Shown: one piece after another, positions 1-8,943 of the stretch
Layout of the letters: each line of letters opens with the position of its first letter
Position numbering within the stretch: the stretch's first letter is position 1
Assembly (NCBI GenBank): GCA_965371175.1
Contig: CBDUXI010000002.1
Location: forward strand, 2,694 to 66,693
DNA: 64,000 bases
Direction of reading: 5' to 3'
Source: an uncultured bacterium
GTDB lineage: Bacteria > Nitrospirota > JACRHL01
Position numbers and translations under genes: made by a program
The notes under the pieces: generated by a model
Seen by the model: only the letters and a program-made list of their open reading frames with translations
What the model was told of the DNA's origin: nothing
Databases searched by the model: none

Positions 1-122
1 CCGGCATGCCTGTTCGGGGACCCATGTGTCGTTGCGGACAGGCGCACCCTTAGCGTATACTCTTTTTCTTTTTCCTCGCTCCGGGCATGGTGTCCGGGGC
101 CTTATGCCCATGAGGAGCATCA

Positions 123-674
123 ATGCACTGCTACGAGACCATCTATATTCTGCACCCGGACCTCGGTGACGAGGCCGTCGCCACTGCCCGCGGGAAAGTC
201 ACCGACCTGATCGACAAGGGCAAGGGGCGCCTTTATCGCCGGGAAAACTGGGGCAAGAAGCGGCTTGCCTACAACATCGCCAAGCAAACTAAAGGCAACT
301 ACCAGCTCATTCGCTACGTGGGAGACGCCGGGATCATGTCGACCATGGAACGGATGTTCCGGCTGGATGAGGCCTATCTCAAGTTTCTGACGATCAAGCT
401 GGATATCGACCCGGAGGCCGTAAAGGACGAAGAGCCGGCCGATGAGATCGTGGCCGCCGCGCCCGAGGCCGACAAAAAATCTGCAGCCGACAAAAAACCT
501 GCGGCCGAGGCAAAAGCTGCAGCCGAGGCAAAACCTGCGGCTGACGTGAAAGAGACGGCGTCCGACAAGAAAGAGGAAGCGCCTGGCAAGGATGCTGAGG
601 CGGTCACTGAGAAACCCGCCGATGAGCCCGTTGCCGAAGAGGCGGAGGCTGAACCGGCTGCCACTGGGGAGTAA
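123..674 (+). CDS. rpsF: 30S ribosomal protein S6 with a long acidic/Ala-Lys-rich C-terminal tail
   Basis: N-terminus 'YETIYILHPDL' and 'NWGKKRLAY' are S6 signatures. GAGGAG RBS lies 6 nt upstream of the ATG. The C-terminal roughly 80 aa is low-complexity (AEAKAAAEAKPAA...). Confidence 0.85.
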   Translation: MHCYETIYILHPDLGDEAVATARGKVTDLIDKGKGRLYRRENWGKKRLAYNIAKQTKGNYQLIRYVGDAGIMSTMERMFRLDEAYLKFLTIKLDIDPEAVKDEEPADEIVAAAPEADKKSAADKKPAAEAKAAAEAKPAADVKETASDKKEEAPGKDAEAVTEKPADEPVAEEAEAEPAATGE

Positions 675-679
675 ACCCG

Positions 680-1135
680 ATGACCAGTTTTAACAAAGTC
701 ATTCTGATCGGCAATCTGACCCGCGATCCGGAACTCCGTTACACCCCCAGCGGGACGGCGGTCACCACCCTGAGCCTGGCGATCAACCACCGGTTCCGGC
801 AAGGGGAAGAAATGCGGGAAGATGTGTGCTACATCGACGTGGTGGTGTTTGGCAAGCAGGCGGAATCGTGCAGTCAGTACCTGAGCAAGGGCGGCGGCGT
901 GATTGTGGATGGTCGCCTGTCCCATCGCCGCTGGGAGGCGGAGGACGGCAGCAAGCGCAGCAAGCACGAGGTGGTGGCCCAGAACGTGCGCTTTATGCCG
1001 CGCCGCTCCGACATGGCCGCAGGCGATGGCGGCAGACAGCAAGTGGCCAGCAGTGCAAGCGCCGGTGCCAGTGCAGGCAGCAGCCCCGCAGCGACCGGGC
1101 CTCCCGACTTTACCGATGACGATATCCCGTTTTAA
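680..1135 (+). CDS. ssb: single-stranded DNA-binding protein
   Basis: OB-fold N-terminus 'NKVILIGNLTRDPELRYTPSG', a Gly/Ser-rich linker and the acidic C-terminal tip 'DDDIPF'. Sits between rpsF and rpsR. Confidence 0.85.
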   Translation: MTSFNKVILIGNLTRDPELRYTPSGTAVTTLSLAINHRFRQGEEMREDVCYIDVVVFGKQAESCSQYLSKGGGVIVDGRLSHRRWEAEDGSKRSKHEVVAQNVRFMPRRSDMAAGDGGRQQVASSASAGASAGSSPAATGPPDFTDDDIPF

Positions 1136-1210
1136 TTGAATGTACAGGCACGCCCCGCCTCCTTCACGTGAACGCGGGCGCATGCAGAACAGATAGGAAG
1201 TAAACAGATC

Positions 1211-1441
1211 ATGATGAAATCCAAGGTGTACCGGCGGCGCGTGTGCCGTTTTTGCGTGGACAAGGTCGAAGAGATCGACTACAAGGATGTGGGCACCCTG
1301 CGCCGGTTCATTACCGAGCGGGGCAAGATTATCCCCAGCCGTGTTTCCGGGGCCTGCGCCCCCCATCAGCGGCAGTTGACCCGTTCCATCAAACGGGCAC
1401 GGGCCATCGCCCTGATTGCCTTCAAGGAGGTGCCGGTCTGA
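1211..1441 (+). CDS. rpsR: 30S ribosomal protein S18
   Basis: '[40 protein letters not shown]' is a canonical S18 sequence. Confidence 0.9.
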   Translation: MMKSKVYRRRVCRFCVDKVEEIDYKDVGTLRRFITERGKIIPSRVSGACAPHQRQLTRSIKRARAIALIAFKEVPV

Positions 1442-1485
1442 CCGAGCCGCAATCCGAACCGGGGCAGGCAGGTTTCAAAGGGGCG

Positions 1486-2406
1486 TTGGCCGAAGCGGCC
1501 GCGTCCCTTTTTCTTGCCCTGTCGTTGTTTTCCTCCGTCTATTTTCTGGGCGGCTTCGGGGTGCCGTTTGCCCTGTTTGCCTCGGCCCCGCTTGCGATCG
1601 TCGGTATTCGGCAGGGGGAAGTCTACCTGCTGGGCGCGGCGGGTGGCGCCATGCTGATTTCCGGTATCCTGCTGGGTCCGGGAGCGAGCGGCGCCTTTTT
1701 ATTTGGCGCCGCCGTTCCTGCCGTGCTCATTGCCCGGGGGCTGGTTTTCGGCTGGGCGCCAGAGCGGATGGTGGGCGCTGCCGCCGTCATTTTTACCGTC
1801 ACCACATTTTGGGCCGTTGAGACCTTTTCTCCGGGCGGTATGCGGGCGCAGATTGCAGAGATGGTGGAGCGCACCATTGCCGCCTATCGGCAGGCGGGCG
1901 CCCCGGAGCTTGCCGTTGTGCCGCTGGAGAAACAGGCGGCGTTTTTGACCGACTTTCTGTATTACACCAGCCCCACCAGTTTCATGTGGAGCGGGGCGCT
2001 CATCTGCGTATTTGGCCTGCTTGCCACCCGCCACTACTTTTCCCTGAACCCGCACCCCGCCGTGCTGGTTTCGCCATCACTTACCCGTTGGTACTTTCCC
2101 GACCGCTGGATATGGGTGCTGATTGCCGCAGGCGTTGTGGTGCTGGTGCCGGGTATACTCACCCGCATGGTCGCGGGCAACGTGCTGGGGGTGTTGGCGC
2201 TGGCCTATGCCCTGCAGGGGTGGGCGGTGATGGTCTTTGTATTTCGGGCCAGGCAGACGCACATTGCGCTACAGGCGATATTTTACATCATGCTGCTGAT
2301 GTGGCCGGTGCTGGTGGTGCTGCTGGGTGTCTTTGGCGTGTTCGATATATGGATGGACCCGCGCAAGGTGCGGCGGGAAGCCAAAGAAACGGACCCGCAG
2401 GCATAG
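1486..2406 (+). CDS. DUF2232/YybS-like polytopic membrane protein (start uncertain)
   Basis: Multi-TM hydrophobic protein immediately after rpsR, matching the conserved rpsR-yybS position. The track ORF 1243..2406 overlaps rpsR out of frame. The first in-frame plausible start after the rpsR stop is TTG 1486 (or CTG 1438). Confidence 0.55.
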   Translation: MAEAAASLFLALSLFSSVYFLGGFGVPFALFASAPLAIVGIRQGEVYLLGAAGGAMLISGILLGPGASGAFLFGAAVPAVLIARGLVFGWAPERMVGAAAVIFTVTTFWAVETFSPGGMRAQIAEMVERTIAAYRQAGAPELAVVPLEKQAAFLTDFLYYTSPTSFMWSGALICVFGLLATRHYFSLNPHPAVLVSPSLTRWYFPDRWIWVLIAAGVVVLVPGILTRMVAGNVLGVLALAYALQGWAVMVFVFRARQTHIALQAIFYIMLLMWPVLVVLLGVFGVFDIWMDPRKVRREAKETDPQA

Positions 2407-2458
2407 CGGCGGAAAATTTCGGGTTGTGCGAACAGGCCCAGGGCCTGTGAAACAGACG

Positions 2459-2974
2459 CTAGTCCGTGCCCATCCGCTCCAGCGCCTTCGGCAGCAGCGT
2501 GCCCAGGTGGATCGGCAGGATGGTGATGTAGATCGGCAGGGCGCCGTCGGCCATCTGGTATTCGCCCTTGTCCCACATGAAGATGGAGATGATGATCTCC
2601 TCCACCTGCATTTTCAGACCCTCAAACAGCCCTTTCGGGGTGAGCACGCCCATTTCCACCAGGGTTTCCCCTTCCCGCTTTCCGGTCTGGTGCATCTGCT
2701 TGGTGGCCGCCTTGTGCGCGGTCTGGGAGATGGTTCCGTGGCGGAGCAGCGTTTCACCCAGGCGATCGATTTTGATGGTGGAGGTGGCGTAAACGATCTC
2801 CCCCTTCTGGATATAGATTGCCTTGACCGTTGTCCCCTGATTGACGACAAGGGTGGTCGTGGCTGCCGATTGTGTGAGGTGTTCCAGAATGCTTACGAGC
2901 GGAACCTTGGTCAGGTCGCCGGACGCAGGAACCTCATGATCCTGTGTTTCTTCCATAAGCAGGCATTGTTCCAC
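2459..2974 (-). CDS. DUF4388-domain protein
   Basis: 'GDLTKVPLVSILEHLTQSAATTTLVV...KAIYIQKGEIVYATS' resembles the DUF4388 profile (G-L-x-PL-xLLQ-L...G-I-x-A). Slightly lower GC than its surroundings. Confidence 0.45.
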   Translation of the reverse strand: MEQCLLMEETQDHEVPASGDLTKVPLVSILEHLTQSAATTTLVVNQGTTVKAIYIQKGEIVYATSTIKIDRLGETLLRHGTISQTAHKAATKQMHQTGKREGETLVEMGVLTPKGLFEGLKMQVEEIIISIFMWDKGEYQMADGALPIYITILPIHLGTLLPKALERMGTD

Positions 2975-3213
2975 GTCCGCCCCGGTCCGTCAATGCCACG
3001 CACCCCCTGAGTGTTCCAGGATGTGCGAAAGGTACCCGGTTTGTTCCGGGCACGGGTCGTTTTCACCCGCCTGTTCCCGCCCATCGCACGCTGGCATCAC
3101 CCTGGGTGTAGTAAAAAAGATAATATAAAACAGTATGTTATGAAAACACCGACATTTTTTCGACGAATGGCACACGGGTTGCACATGAAAAGCGCCGCAC
3201 GTCCGGGTGCAGA

Positions 3214-3236
3214 CAATTCCCAACTATTTGGAATTG
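3214..3236. promoter_or_regulatory. perfect 7-nt inverted repeat CAATTCC-N9-GGAATTG in the AT-rich region upstream of lpxC
   Basis: Read directly from sequence inside a roughly 340-nt AT-rich intergenic stretch. Candidate operator, function unknown. Confidence 0.2.
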
Positions 3237-3321
3237 TGAAGAAAATTGTACCCGGTGAGCGATTTTCAGGTACCAGGGCAAGGTGCCGGGGCAAGAACAG
3301 GACAAGAACAGGGATTGACGC

Positions 3322-4233
3322 ATGGCATACCAAAGGACGGTAGCAACTGAGGCAAACTTTTCGGGGATCGGACTGCATACGGGTGAGGCGGTTGCCCTTT
3401 CCATCTGCCCCGCAGGGGAAAATGAGGGAATTCGGTTTGAGGTGCTCCCTGCGGGCGCGGACAAGCCGTTCACCATTGCTGCGCGCCCCGAAAACCTGGC
3501 GGGTTCGGCGTATGCCACCTCTTTGGGAGACGGCGTCCACACCCTGCACACGGTAGAGCACCTGCTTGCGGCGCTGGCCGGGCTGGGTGTCGACAATGCG
3601 TTGATCCGCATGAACGCAAACGAAGTGCCGATTATGGATGGGAGTGCGGCCCCGTTTGTCGAAGGCATTGTGGCTGCGGGCGTTGTGGAGCAGGGAGCAC
3701 CCAGCCGTACCATCTGCATCACCCGTCCCATTCGTGTGGAAGATGGAGACAAGTGGATCGAATTGCGGCCCGCCGCATCCGCCCAAACGTCCATTTGCTA
3801 CGAGATTGATTTTGCCCACCCGGCGGTGGGGCGTCAGTACTTCCGGTTTGTCTTTACCCGGGAAAATTTCGTGCGCCAGTTAAGCCCGGCGCGCACCTTC
3901 GGCTTTGTCCATGAGGTGGAGGCGCTCAGGCAGGCAGGGCTTGCCCGGGGCGGCTCCCTCGACAACGCGATCGTTGTGGGCGATGAAGGGGTTTTAAATC
4001 CGGGTGGCCTGCGCTTTGCCGATGAGTTTGTGCGTCACAAGGTGCTGGATTTGATCGGTGATTTTGCGCTGGCGGGCCTGTCTGTTCACGCGGACATCAC
4101 GGCCGTTCGTTCCGGTCATGCCCTTCACACCCGGGCGGTTCAGGCCATCCTGAAGAACGTCGACAGTTGGAAACTGGTGGATACGGTACCGGAGCCCGTG
4201 TTTGCGGGTTCGGCCCTGTCCGCCGCGATTTAA
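3322..4233 (+). CDS. lpxC: UDP-3-O-acyl-N-acetylglucosamine deacetylase
   Basis: 'TLHTVEHLLAALAGLGVDNALI' and 'HKVLDLIGD' are LpxC zinc-site motifs. The length of 303 aa fits LpxC. Confidence 0.9.
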   Translation: MAYQRTVATEANFSGIGLHTGEAVALSICPAGENEGIRFEVLPAGADKPFTIAARPENLAGSAYATSLGDGVHTLHTVEHLLAALAGLGVDNALIRMNANEVPIMDGSAAPFVEGIVAAGVVEQGAPSRTICITRPIRVEDGDKWIELRPAASAQTSICYEIDFAHPAVGRQYFRFVFTRENFVRQLSPARTFGFVHEVEALRQAGLARGGSLDNAIVVGDEGVLNPGGLRFADEFVRHKVLDLIGDFALAGLSVHADITAVRSGHALHTRAVQAILKNVDSWKLVDTVPEPVFAGSALSAAI

Positions 4234-4236
4234 CCG

Positions 4237-6537
4237 CTACGGCTCCGTCAGCCCTGCAAGGGCCTGTTCGGCTTTATCCCGCCCCGGAAAGTCCCCTCCC
4301 GTTGCCAGTGCCCGGGTAAGGTATTCGCGCGCCCGTTCCGGGTGGTTGCGCTTTAGCTGGGTCATCCCGGCGTGGTAGTTCACCACCGGGTGGTCGGGCA
4401 TTTTTTCCAGTGCTTCATCCAGCAACCCCTGAGCCTTCAGGTATGCGCCTTTCAGGTAATAGATCCACCCCAGTGTGTCGGCGGTGCCCGGATCGTTCGG
4501 GTCTACCTCGCGGGCGGTCTGGGCCAGGCCCAGCGCTACGTCCAGATTGCCGTTGCCGTGGGCGTAGAGCCAGGCCAGGTTGTTGGCGGCGGGGGCAAAC
4601 CGGGGGTTGTGTTTCAGCGTTTCCTGATAGGCGGCGATGGCGGCATCCGTTTCGCCTTTTTGTTCGTGCAATACCCCCAGTAACATGCGCGCGCGGGGCT
4701 GGGCCGGATCGCGCTCCAAAATGGCGTTCAGGTTCTGCACGGCCCGGTCGGAATCCTTGTTGCCAAGGTAGATGTTGCCCAGGGCGGCATAGGCTGGCAG
4801 GTAGCTGTCGTCCGCCTTCAGGGCGGCTTCATATTCGGCGGTTGCCGCTTCCTGTTGCCCGCGTATTTGCAGCACCTGCCCCAGCAGATGGTGGGCCCTG
4901 GCACTGCCGGGGTGTTTTTCCATATGCGCCCGGATGCGTTGTTCCGCTTGTTCCGGTGCCATGCGGGACAGGGCCTCGCGCACCAGCAACTCCAGCGCCT
5001 GGATCTGCTCCGGGGCGATCTCCAGGGCGCGCTCCAGCGATTTTTTTGCGGCGCCGGGATGGCCCAGAATCAGGTGGACACGCCCCAGTTGCAGGTGCCC
5101 TTCCGGGTGGTCGGGCCGCACGGAAACCAGGCGTTCAAACGCCTCCAGCGCTGCTTTTGGCTTGCGCTCCGCCATGGCGGCCAGCCCGGTCAAAAACAGG
5201 GTGTCCGGCAGGTTGGGGGCCAGACGGGTGATGGTGATCAACTCTGTTTTTGCGTCATCCAGATTGCCTTCCCGCAGGTAGATGCGGGCCAGATCCAGAT
5301 GCGCGGGCAGCAACGACCCGGCACCTTCCACCGCCAGCTTCAGCTGTTCTTTGGCGCTGTTGATGTTGCCTGCGAGCAAATGGGCGCGGCCCAGATAGGT
5401 GTGGGCCAGCGGCATGCCGGGACGGTCATTTATGGCTTGCTCAAAGTGGGTGATCGCCATTTTGATCTCTTTTTTCTGGAGGGCCACCTGCCCGTCCAGA
5501 AACGCGGCCAGCCACGCGTTGTCAGCGCCCGTTCTGAGTGACTCGGCCTGGGCCTCAACGGCCTCAATCGCGTCTTTGCGAAGGCGCAGGGCGGCCAGCT
5601 GAATATGCAGGTCATCGGCTGGGCTGGCCTGCCCGGTGCCTTGCAGATAGATTTTTTCCGCCTGTTCAATCTCGCCCAGATGGCGGTGCAGGTCGCCCAG
5701 ATGACGGTATCCGACGGGCTGTTCGGGCAGGGCGGTGATCAGGTTGGACAGCACTTTTTTGGCCTGCTCCGGGTGCTGGTCAACCAGGTGCAAGCGGGAC
5801 AGTTGCAGGTATGCCGGTATCGATTCCGGTACGGCTTTGATGGCCTCTTTCAGCACATTTTGTGCATCGTCCACCCGCTGTTGAATCAGGTAAAGCCGAC
5901 TCAGGCTCAGGCGCGGCGCGGCGGTTTGGGAGGATTCGATGGCCTGTTTCAGGTGGGTTTCGGCCTGTTTGTACTCTTTTTGGCCGGTCAGGAGCATCCC
6001 CAGTCCGAAATGGGCATTCCATGATTTCGGGTCCTCTTCAAGGAGCGCCAGATAGAGGGTGCGGCTTTGTTCCACTTCCTCCAGGTTGGCCAGGATACCG
6101 GCGTAAAGAAGCCGCCCTTCCGGGTGATCCGGGTGGTGGGTCAGTAACGCCTCCACGCTGGTTCTGGCAGCCGGGTATTGCCTTGCCGCAATCAGAAAGC
6201 GGGTGATTTCCAACTGTGCTTCCAGATTGGACGGCTCAAGTTTGACCGCCTGACTGAAGGAGACGAACGCGCCTTTGACATTTCCGGCCGATCCCATTTT
6301 TAACAGGGCCGTGCCCAGCCGTGTATGTGCCGTGGACGATTGCGGGTTCAGCTGGATTACATTGCGGTATTCAATCACCGCCTGCCGGTACTGCTCTTCT
6401 TCCATATAGCGGTCGCCTTCCGCCTGATGGCGGGCGATTTTTTCCTCGGGGCTGGCGCAGCCTGCGGAAATCAGCAGCGCCAGCCCCATGCCGATCAGCG
6501 CCGCCTTCGTCAACTGCTTGAATCTCAACTGTTTCAC
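4237..6537 (-). CDS. large TPR-repeat lipoprotein
   Basis: More than 15 TPR-like repeats. GTG start at 6537 with GGAGG 8 nt upstream. Signal peptide plus lipobox 'LLISAGC'. The track ORF extends further, to 6606. Confidence 0.7.
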   Translation of the reverse strand: MKQLRFKQLTKAALIGMGLALLISAGCASPEEKIARHQAEGDRYMEEEQYRQAVIEYRNVIQLNPQSSTAHTRLGTALLKMGSAGNVKGAFVSFSQAVKLEPSNLEAQLEITRFLIAARQYPAARTSVEALLTHHPDHPEGRLLYAGILANLEEVEQSRTLYLALLEEDPKSWNAHFGLGMLLTGQKEYKQAETHLKQAIESSQTAAPRLSLSRLYLIQQRVDDAQNVLKEAIKAVPESIPAYLQLSRLHLVDQHPEQAKKVLSNLITALPEQPVGYRHLGDLHRHLGEIEQAEKIYLQGTGQASPADDLHIQLAALRLRKDAIEAVEAQAESLRTGADNAWLAAFLDGQVALQKKEIKMAITHFEQAINDRPGMPLAHTYLGRAHLLAGNINSAKEQLKLAVEGAGSLLPAHLDLARIYLREGNLDDAKTELITITRLAPNLPDTLFLTGLAAMAERKPKAALEAFERLVSVRPDHPEGHLQLGRVHLILGHPGAAKKSLERALEIAPEQIQALELLVREALSRMAPEQAEQRIRAHMEKHPGSARAHHLLGQVLQIRGQQEAATAEYEAALKADDSYLPAYAALGNIYLGNKDSDRAVQNLNAILERDPAQPRARMLLGVLHEQKGETDAAIAAYQETLKHNPRFAPAANNLAWLYAHGNGNLDVALGLAQTAREVDPNDPGTADTLGWIYYLKGAYLKAQGLLDEALEKMPDHPVVNYHAGMTQLKRNHPERAREYLTRALATGGDFPGRDKAEQALAGLTEP

Positions 6538-6714
6538 GGGTCCCCTCCATGTTTGTGCCGGACGCCTGGGTGGCTGCAAATCGAGCCGACAGACTAGCAC
6601 AACCACACAGGCGGTGAGCGCATGGCAGGTGCCCCCTGCCGTTTTGGGAAAATGGTTAACCTCTGCAATTTTCCACGTTGACCATGGGCCGTGTGGCCCC
6701 TACAATCGCGCACC

Positions 6715-7839
6715 ATGAGTGGTAGAAACAAAGCACTTCGCGTGGTGGTGCGAGGCACCGCTGCCCACGTGCCCGAACGGGTGGTAAAAAGCGCGGAGCT
6801 GGCGGCCATCTGGGGCTTGAGTGAGCAAGAGATTGTCCGGCGCACGGGCATTGCCGCCCGCCGCTGGGCCGGGGACGATGTTGCCTCGTCCACCTTAGGC
6901 ATTGCCGCGGGTAAAAAAGTGCTGGCGGAGACCGGCATCCGCCCGGAATCGATTGATCTGGTACTCGTTTCCACCACCTCGCCGGATATGGCGTTTCCGT
7001 CTACCGCCTGCCTGGTGCAGGAGGGGCTGGGCATTGGGCCTGCGGCGGCCATGGATGTGTTTGCCTCCTGCTCCGGGTTTCTGGCGGCCTTGTCCATGGC
7101 GCGGGCGGCTATTTTGGGGGGCACCGCCCGGCGGGTGCTGATTGTCGCCGCGGACGTGAAAAGCCGGTTTCTGGACATGGACGACCCGTCCACGGCGATG
7201 TTGTTCGGAGACGGCGCGGGCGCGGCCATCATCGAGGGGGTGGGCGGGCCGGAATCAGTCGGGGTGGGCGGGCCGGAATCAGTCGGGGTGGGCGGGCCGG
7301 AATCAGTCGGGCCGGAGTTAATCGGTCCGGTTATCCTGCATACCGACGGGTCACGCTGGCAGTGGGTGCACCTGCCCGCCGGTGGCTCCCGTATGCCCAT
7401 GAGTGCCGATACCCTGAAAGCCGGGCTGCATACGCTGAAAATGGACGGGATCGCGCTGTTTAAAATGGCGGTCAGCCGTTTTTCCGAAGTAATTCGCAAG
7501 GTGCTGGCCACAGGGGGTCTGGAAATTTCCGACGTGGCCTGTTTTGTGTTTCATCAGGCCAACCTGCGTATTCTGGAAGCCGTGGGCAAGCGCCTGAAAA
7601 TCGCGCCGGACCGGATTGTGACCACGTTGGCCGAATACGGCAACACCTCTTCGGCTTCCCTGCCCATCACCCTGGACCGGGCGTGGCGAGAGCGGGATCT
7701 ACGGCCCGGCGATCACGTGGTGCTGGCCACCTTTGGCGGCGGCATTACCTGGGGGGCGTGTCGGCTGGTATGGGGCGGGGTGGATCAGGAAGCGGGTTCC
7801 GGGGAGCCTGCGGCCGAACCCGAAAACGTTTCCGGGTAG
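6715..7839 (+). CDS. 3-oxoacyl-ACP synthase III (FabH/KAS III family) with an internal (GVGGPESV)x3 insertion
   Basis: 'RGTAAHVPERVV', the active-site region 'ACLVQEGLG...ASCSGFL' and 'FHQANLRI' are KAS III signatures. The ATG at 6715 matches the usual N-terminus. Not located in a fab cluster. Confidence 0.75.
   Translation: MSGRNKALRVVVRGTAAHVPERVVKSAELAAIWGLSEQEIVRRTGIAARRWAGDDVASSTLGIAAGKKVLAETGIRPESIDLVLVSTTSPDMAFPSTACLVQEGLGIGPAAAMDVFASCSGFLAALSMARAAILGGTARRVLIVAADVKSRFLDMDDPSTAMLFGDGAGAAIIEGVGGPESVGVGGPESVGVGGPESVGPELIGPVILHTDGSRWQWVHLPAGGSRMPMSADTLKAGLHTLKMDGIALFKMAVSRFSEVIRKVLATGGLEISDVACFVFHQANLRILEAVGKRLKIAPDRIVTTLAEYGNTSSASLPITLDRAWRERDLRPGDHVVLATFGGGITWGACRLVWGGVDQEAGSGEPAAEPENVSG
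7237..7317 (+). repeat. 24-nt perfect tandem repeat x3 plus a partial copy (ggggtgggcgggccggaatcagtc), in frame within the fabH-like CDS
   Basis: Seen directly in sequence. Encodes GVGGPESV three times. Confidence 0.9.
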
Positions 7840-8933
7840 CGCGGCAGTAACACCGAAAACCAGGTGCCGGACGTATCAGTGCGAATCACGCCGTCGTGGG
7901 CCATGACCACCTGCCGGGCAAACTGTACCTGGGCGCTGCGGTAGGCCGGATCCAGGAGGTGCTCCTCTGCGGACGGCGCGCCAATGGTCAGGTGCACGTG
8001 GGTGGGGCTGGACATCACCAGTACCTGGCCGTCTCCCGTGGCCGTTTTTGTATGGGCGGACAGGGCGTTGATAGCGTCGCAGATGGCCGTCACATCCCAG
8101 TGGGCGTCCCCGTCCGGGGTGCCTTCCAGCGCGATGCCGGAAAATATGTCCGCAACCTGCGTGTGTACGGGCTGCCAACCGGTCTGACCAATCACAATAC
8201 GCATCAGCCGTATCAGTCGATCGAGGGTGTCCGTGAGGGCATGGCCTCCCGTTGCAATCATCTGTGCATAGCGGGCCACATCGTCCGCGGCGCAGTCCGG
8301 AGACATGAGTAGTTCCGAAAAACCCAGCATGGCGTTGATGGGAGAGCGCATGTCGTGGTTGAGCAAAGACAGCAGCAGGGGCAATTCCCCCAGCGCGACC
8401 GCCTCTTCCACGATGCCGGTTTTTGCCGTATCCGGGGGCTCCTGCCGGCTGGCCCTGTCCGGGTTACCCAGCAGGGCCGCAAACAGTTCCGCGCAGTATA
8501 CAACGGCTTCGGCCGCTGCCGGATCGAAATTGCGATCCGAGTCCATATAAAGGTTGAGCGTGCCCGCCAGCTTGTTGTCCGTCACCACCGGGCAGCAGAT
8601 GGCATCTCCCAGGGCGACGGACCCCAGAGACTGTGCAAACGGCGCTGGCTCAGCCGGTATTTCCTCCTGCTCCGGATGATAGTCGGCAGAAAGGATCGGG
8701 TTTTTATTTGCCGGAAAGGTGCTGCCTGTCGGTATGCTCCGGGCCTTTTCGCCCGCAGTGGCCATCACCTGCCACTGATCGCCTTCACGCAGCAGCAGTA
8801 CGGCGGCATCCGCCTGCAAACGATCTGTCAGGTCACAGATCAGGTTCCGCACTTTCTGTTGGGTGGTGGCGCTGCCGTCCACAAAGTGAGACAGCGGGCC
8901 CTGGCGCGGGGAGGATATAAAGCGGATGCCCAT
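7785..8933 (-). CDS. GAF-domain sensor histidine kinase (degenerate ATPase region)
   Basis: HisKA H-box 'LLNHDMRSPINAMLGFSELL'. The upstream roughly 170 aa is GAF-like. The C-terminus ends 'GTWFSVLLP'. Overlaps the fabH-like 3' end on the opposite strand. Confidence 0.6.
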   Translation of the reverse strand: MGIRFISSPRQGPLSHFVDGSATTQQKVRNLICDLTDRLQADAAVLLLREGDQWQVMATAGEKARSIPTGSTFPANKNPILSADYHPEQEEIPAEPAPFAQSLGSVALGDAICCPVVTDNKLAGTLNLYMDSDRNFDPAAAEAVVYCAELFAALLGNPDRASRQEPPDTAKTGIVEEAVALGELPLLLSLLNHDMRSPINAMLGFSELLMSPDCAADDVARYAQMIATGGHALTDTLDRLIRLMRIVIGQTGWQPVHTQVADIFSGIALEGTPDGDAHWDVTAICDAINALSAHTKTATGDGQVLVMSSPTHVHLTIGAPSAEEHLLDPAYRSAQVQFARQVVMAHDGVIRTDTSGTWFSVLLPRYPETFSGSAAGSPEPAS

Positions 8934-8943
8934 CCCCTTGCCG

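Noticed and set aside
374-1366. 330-aa minus-strand ORF
   Set aside because: Antisense to rpsF and ssb. Ala/Gly/Ser-rich low-complexity product.
1243-1485. 5' extension of the DUF2232 ORF back to 1243
   Set aside because: It overlaps rpsR out of frame. The real start must lie after the rpsR stop (TTG 1486 or CTG 1438).
4237-6537. Naming the TPR lipoprotein as PEP-CTERM system protein PrsT
   Set aside because: Size and lipoprotein/TPR architecture are compatible, but no EpsH exosortase or PEP-CTERM proteins are in the window. Too speculative to call.
7237-7317. Possible CRISPR array (regularly spaced 24-nt repeats)
   Set aside because: The copies are directly adjacent with no spacers and are in frame inside a CDS. 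This is a coding tandem repeat, not a CRISPR.
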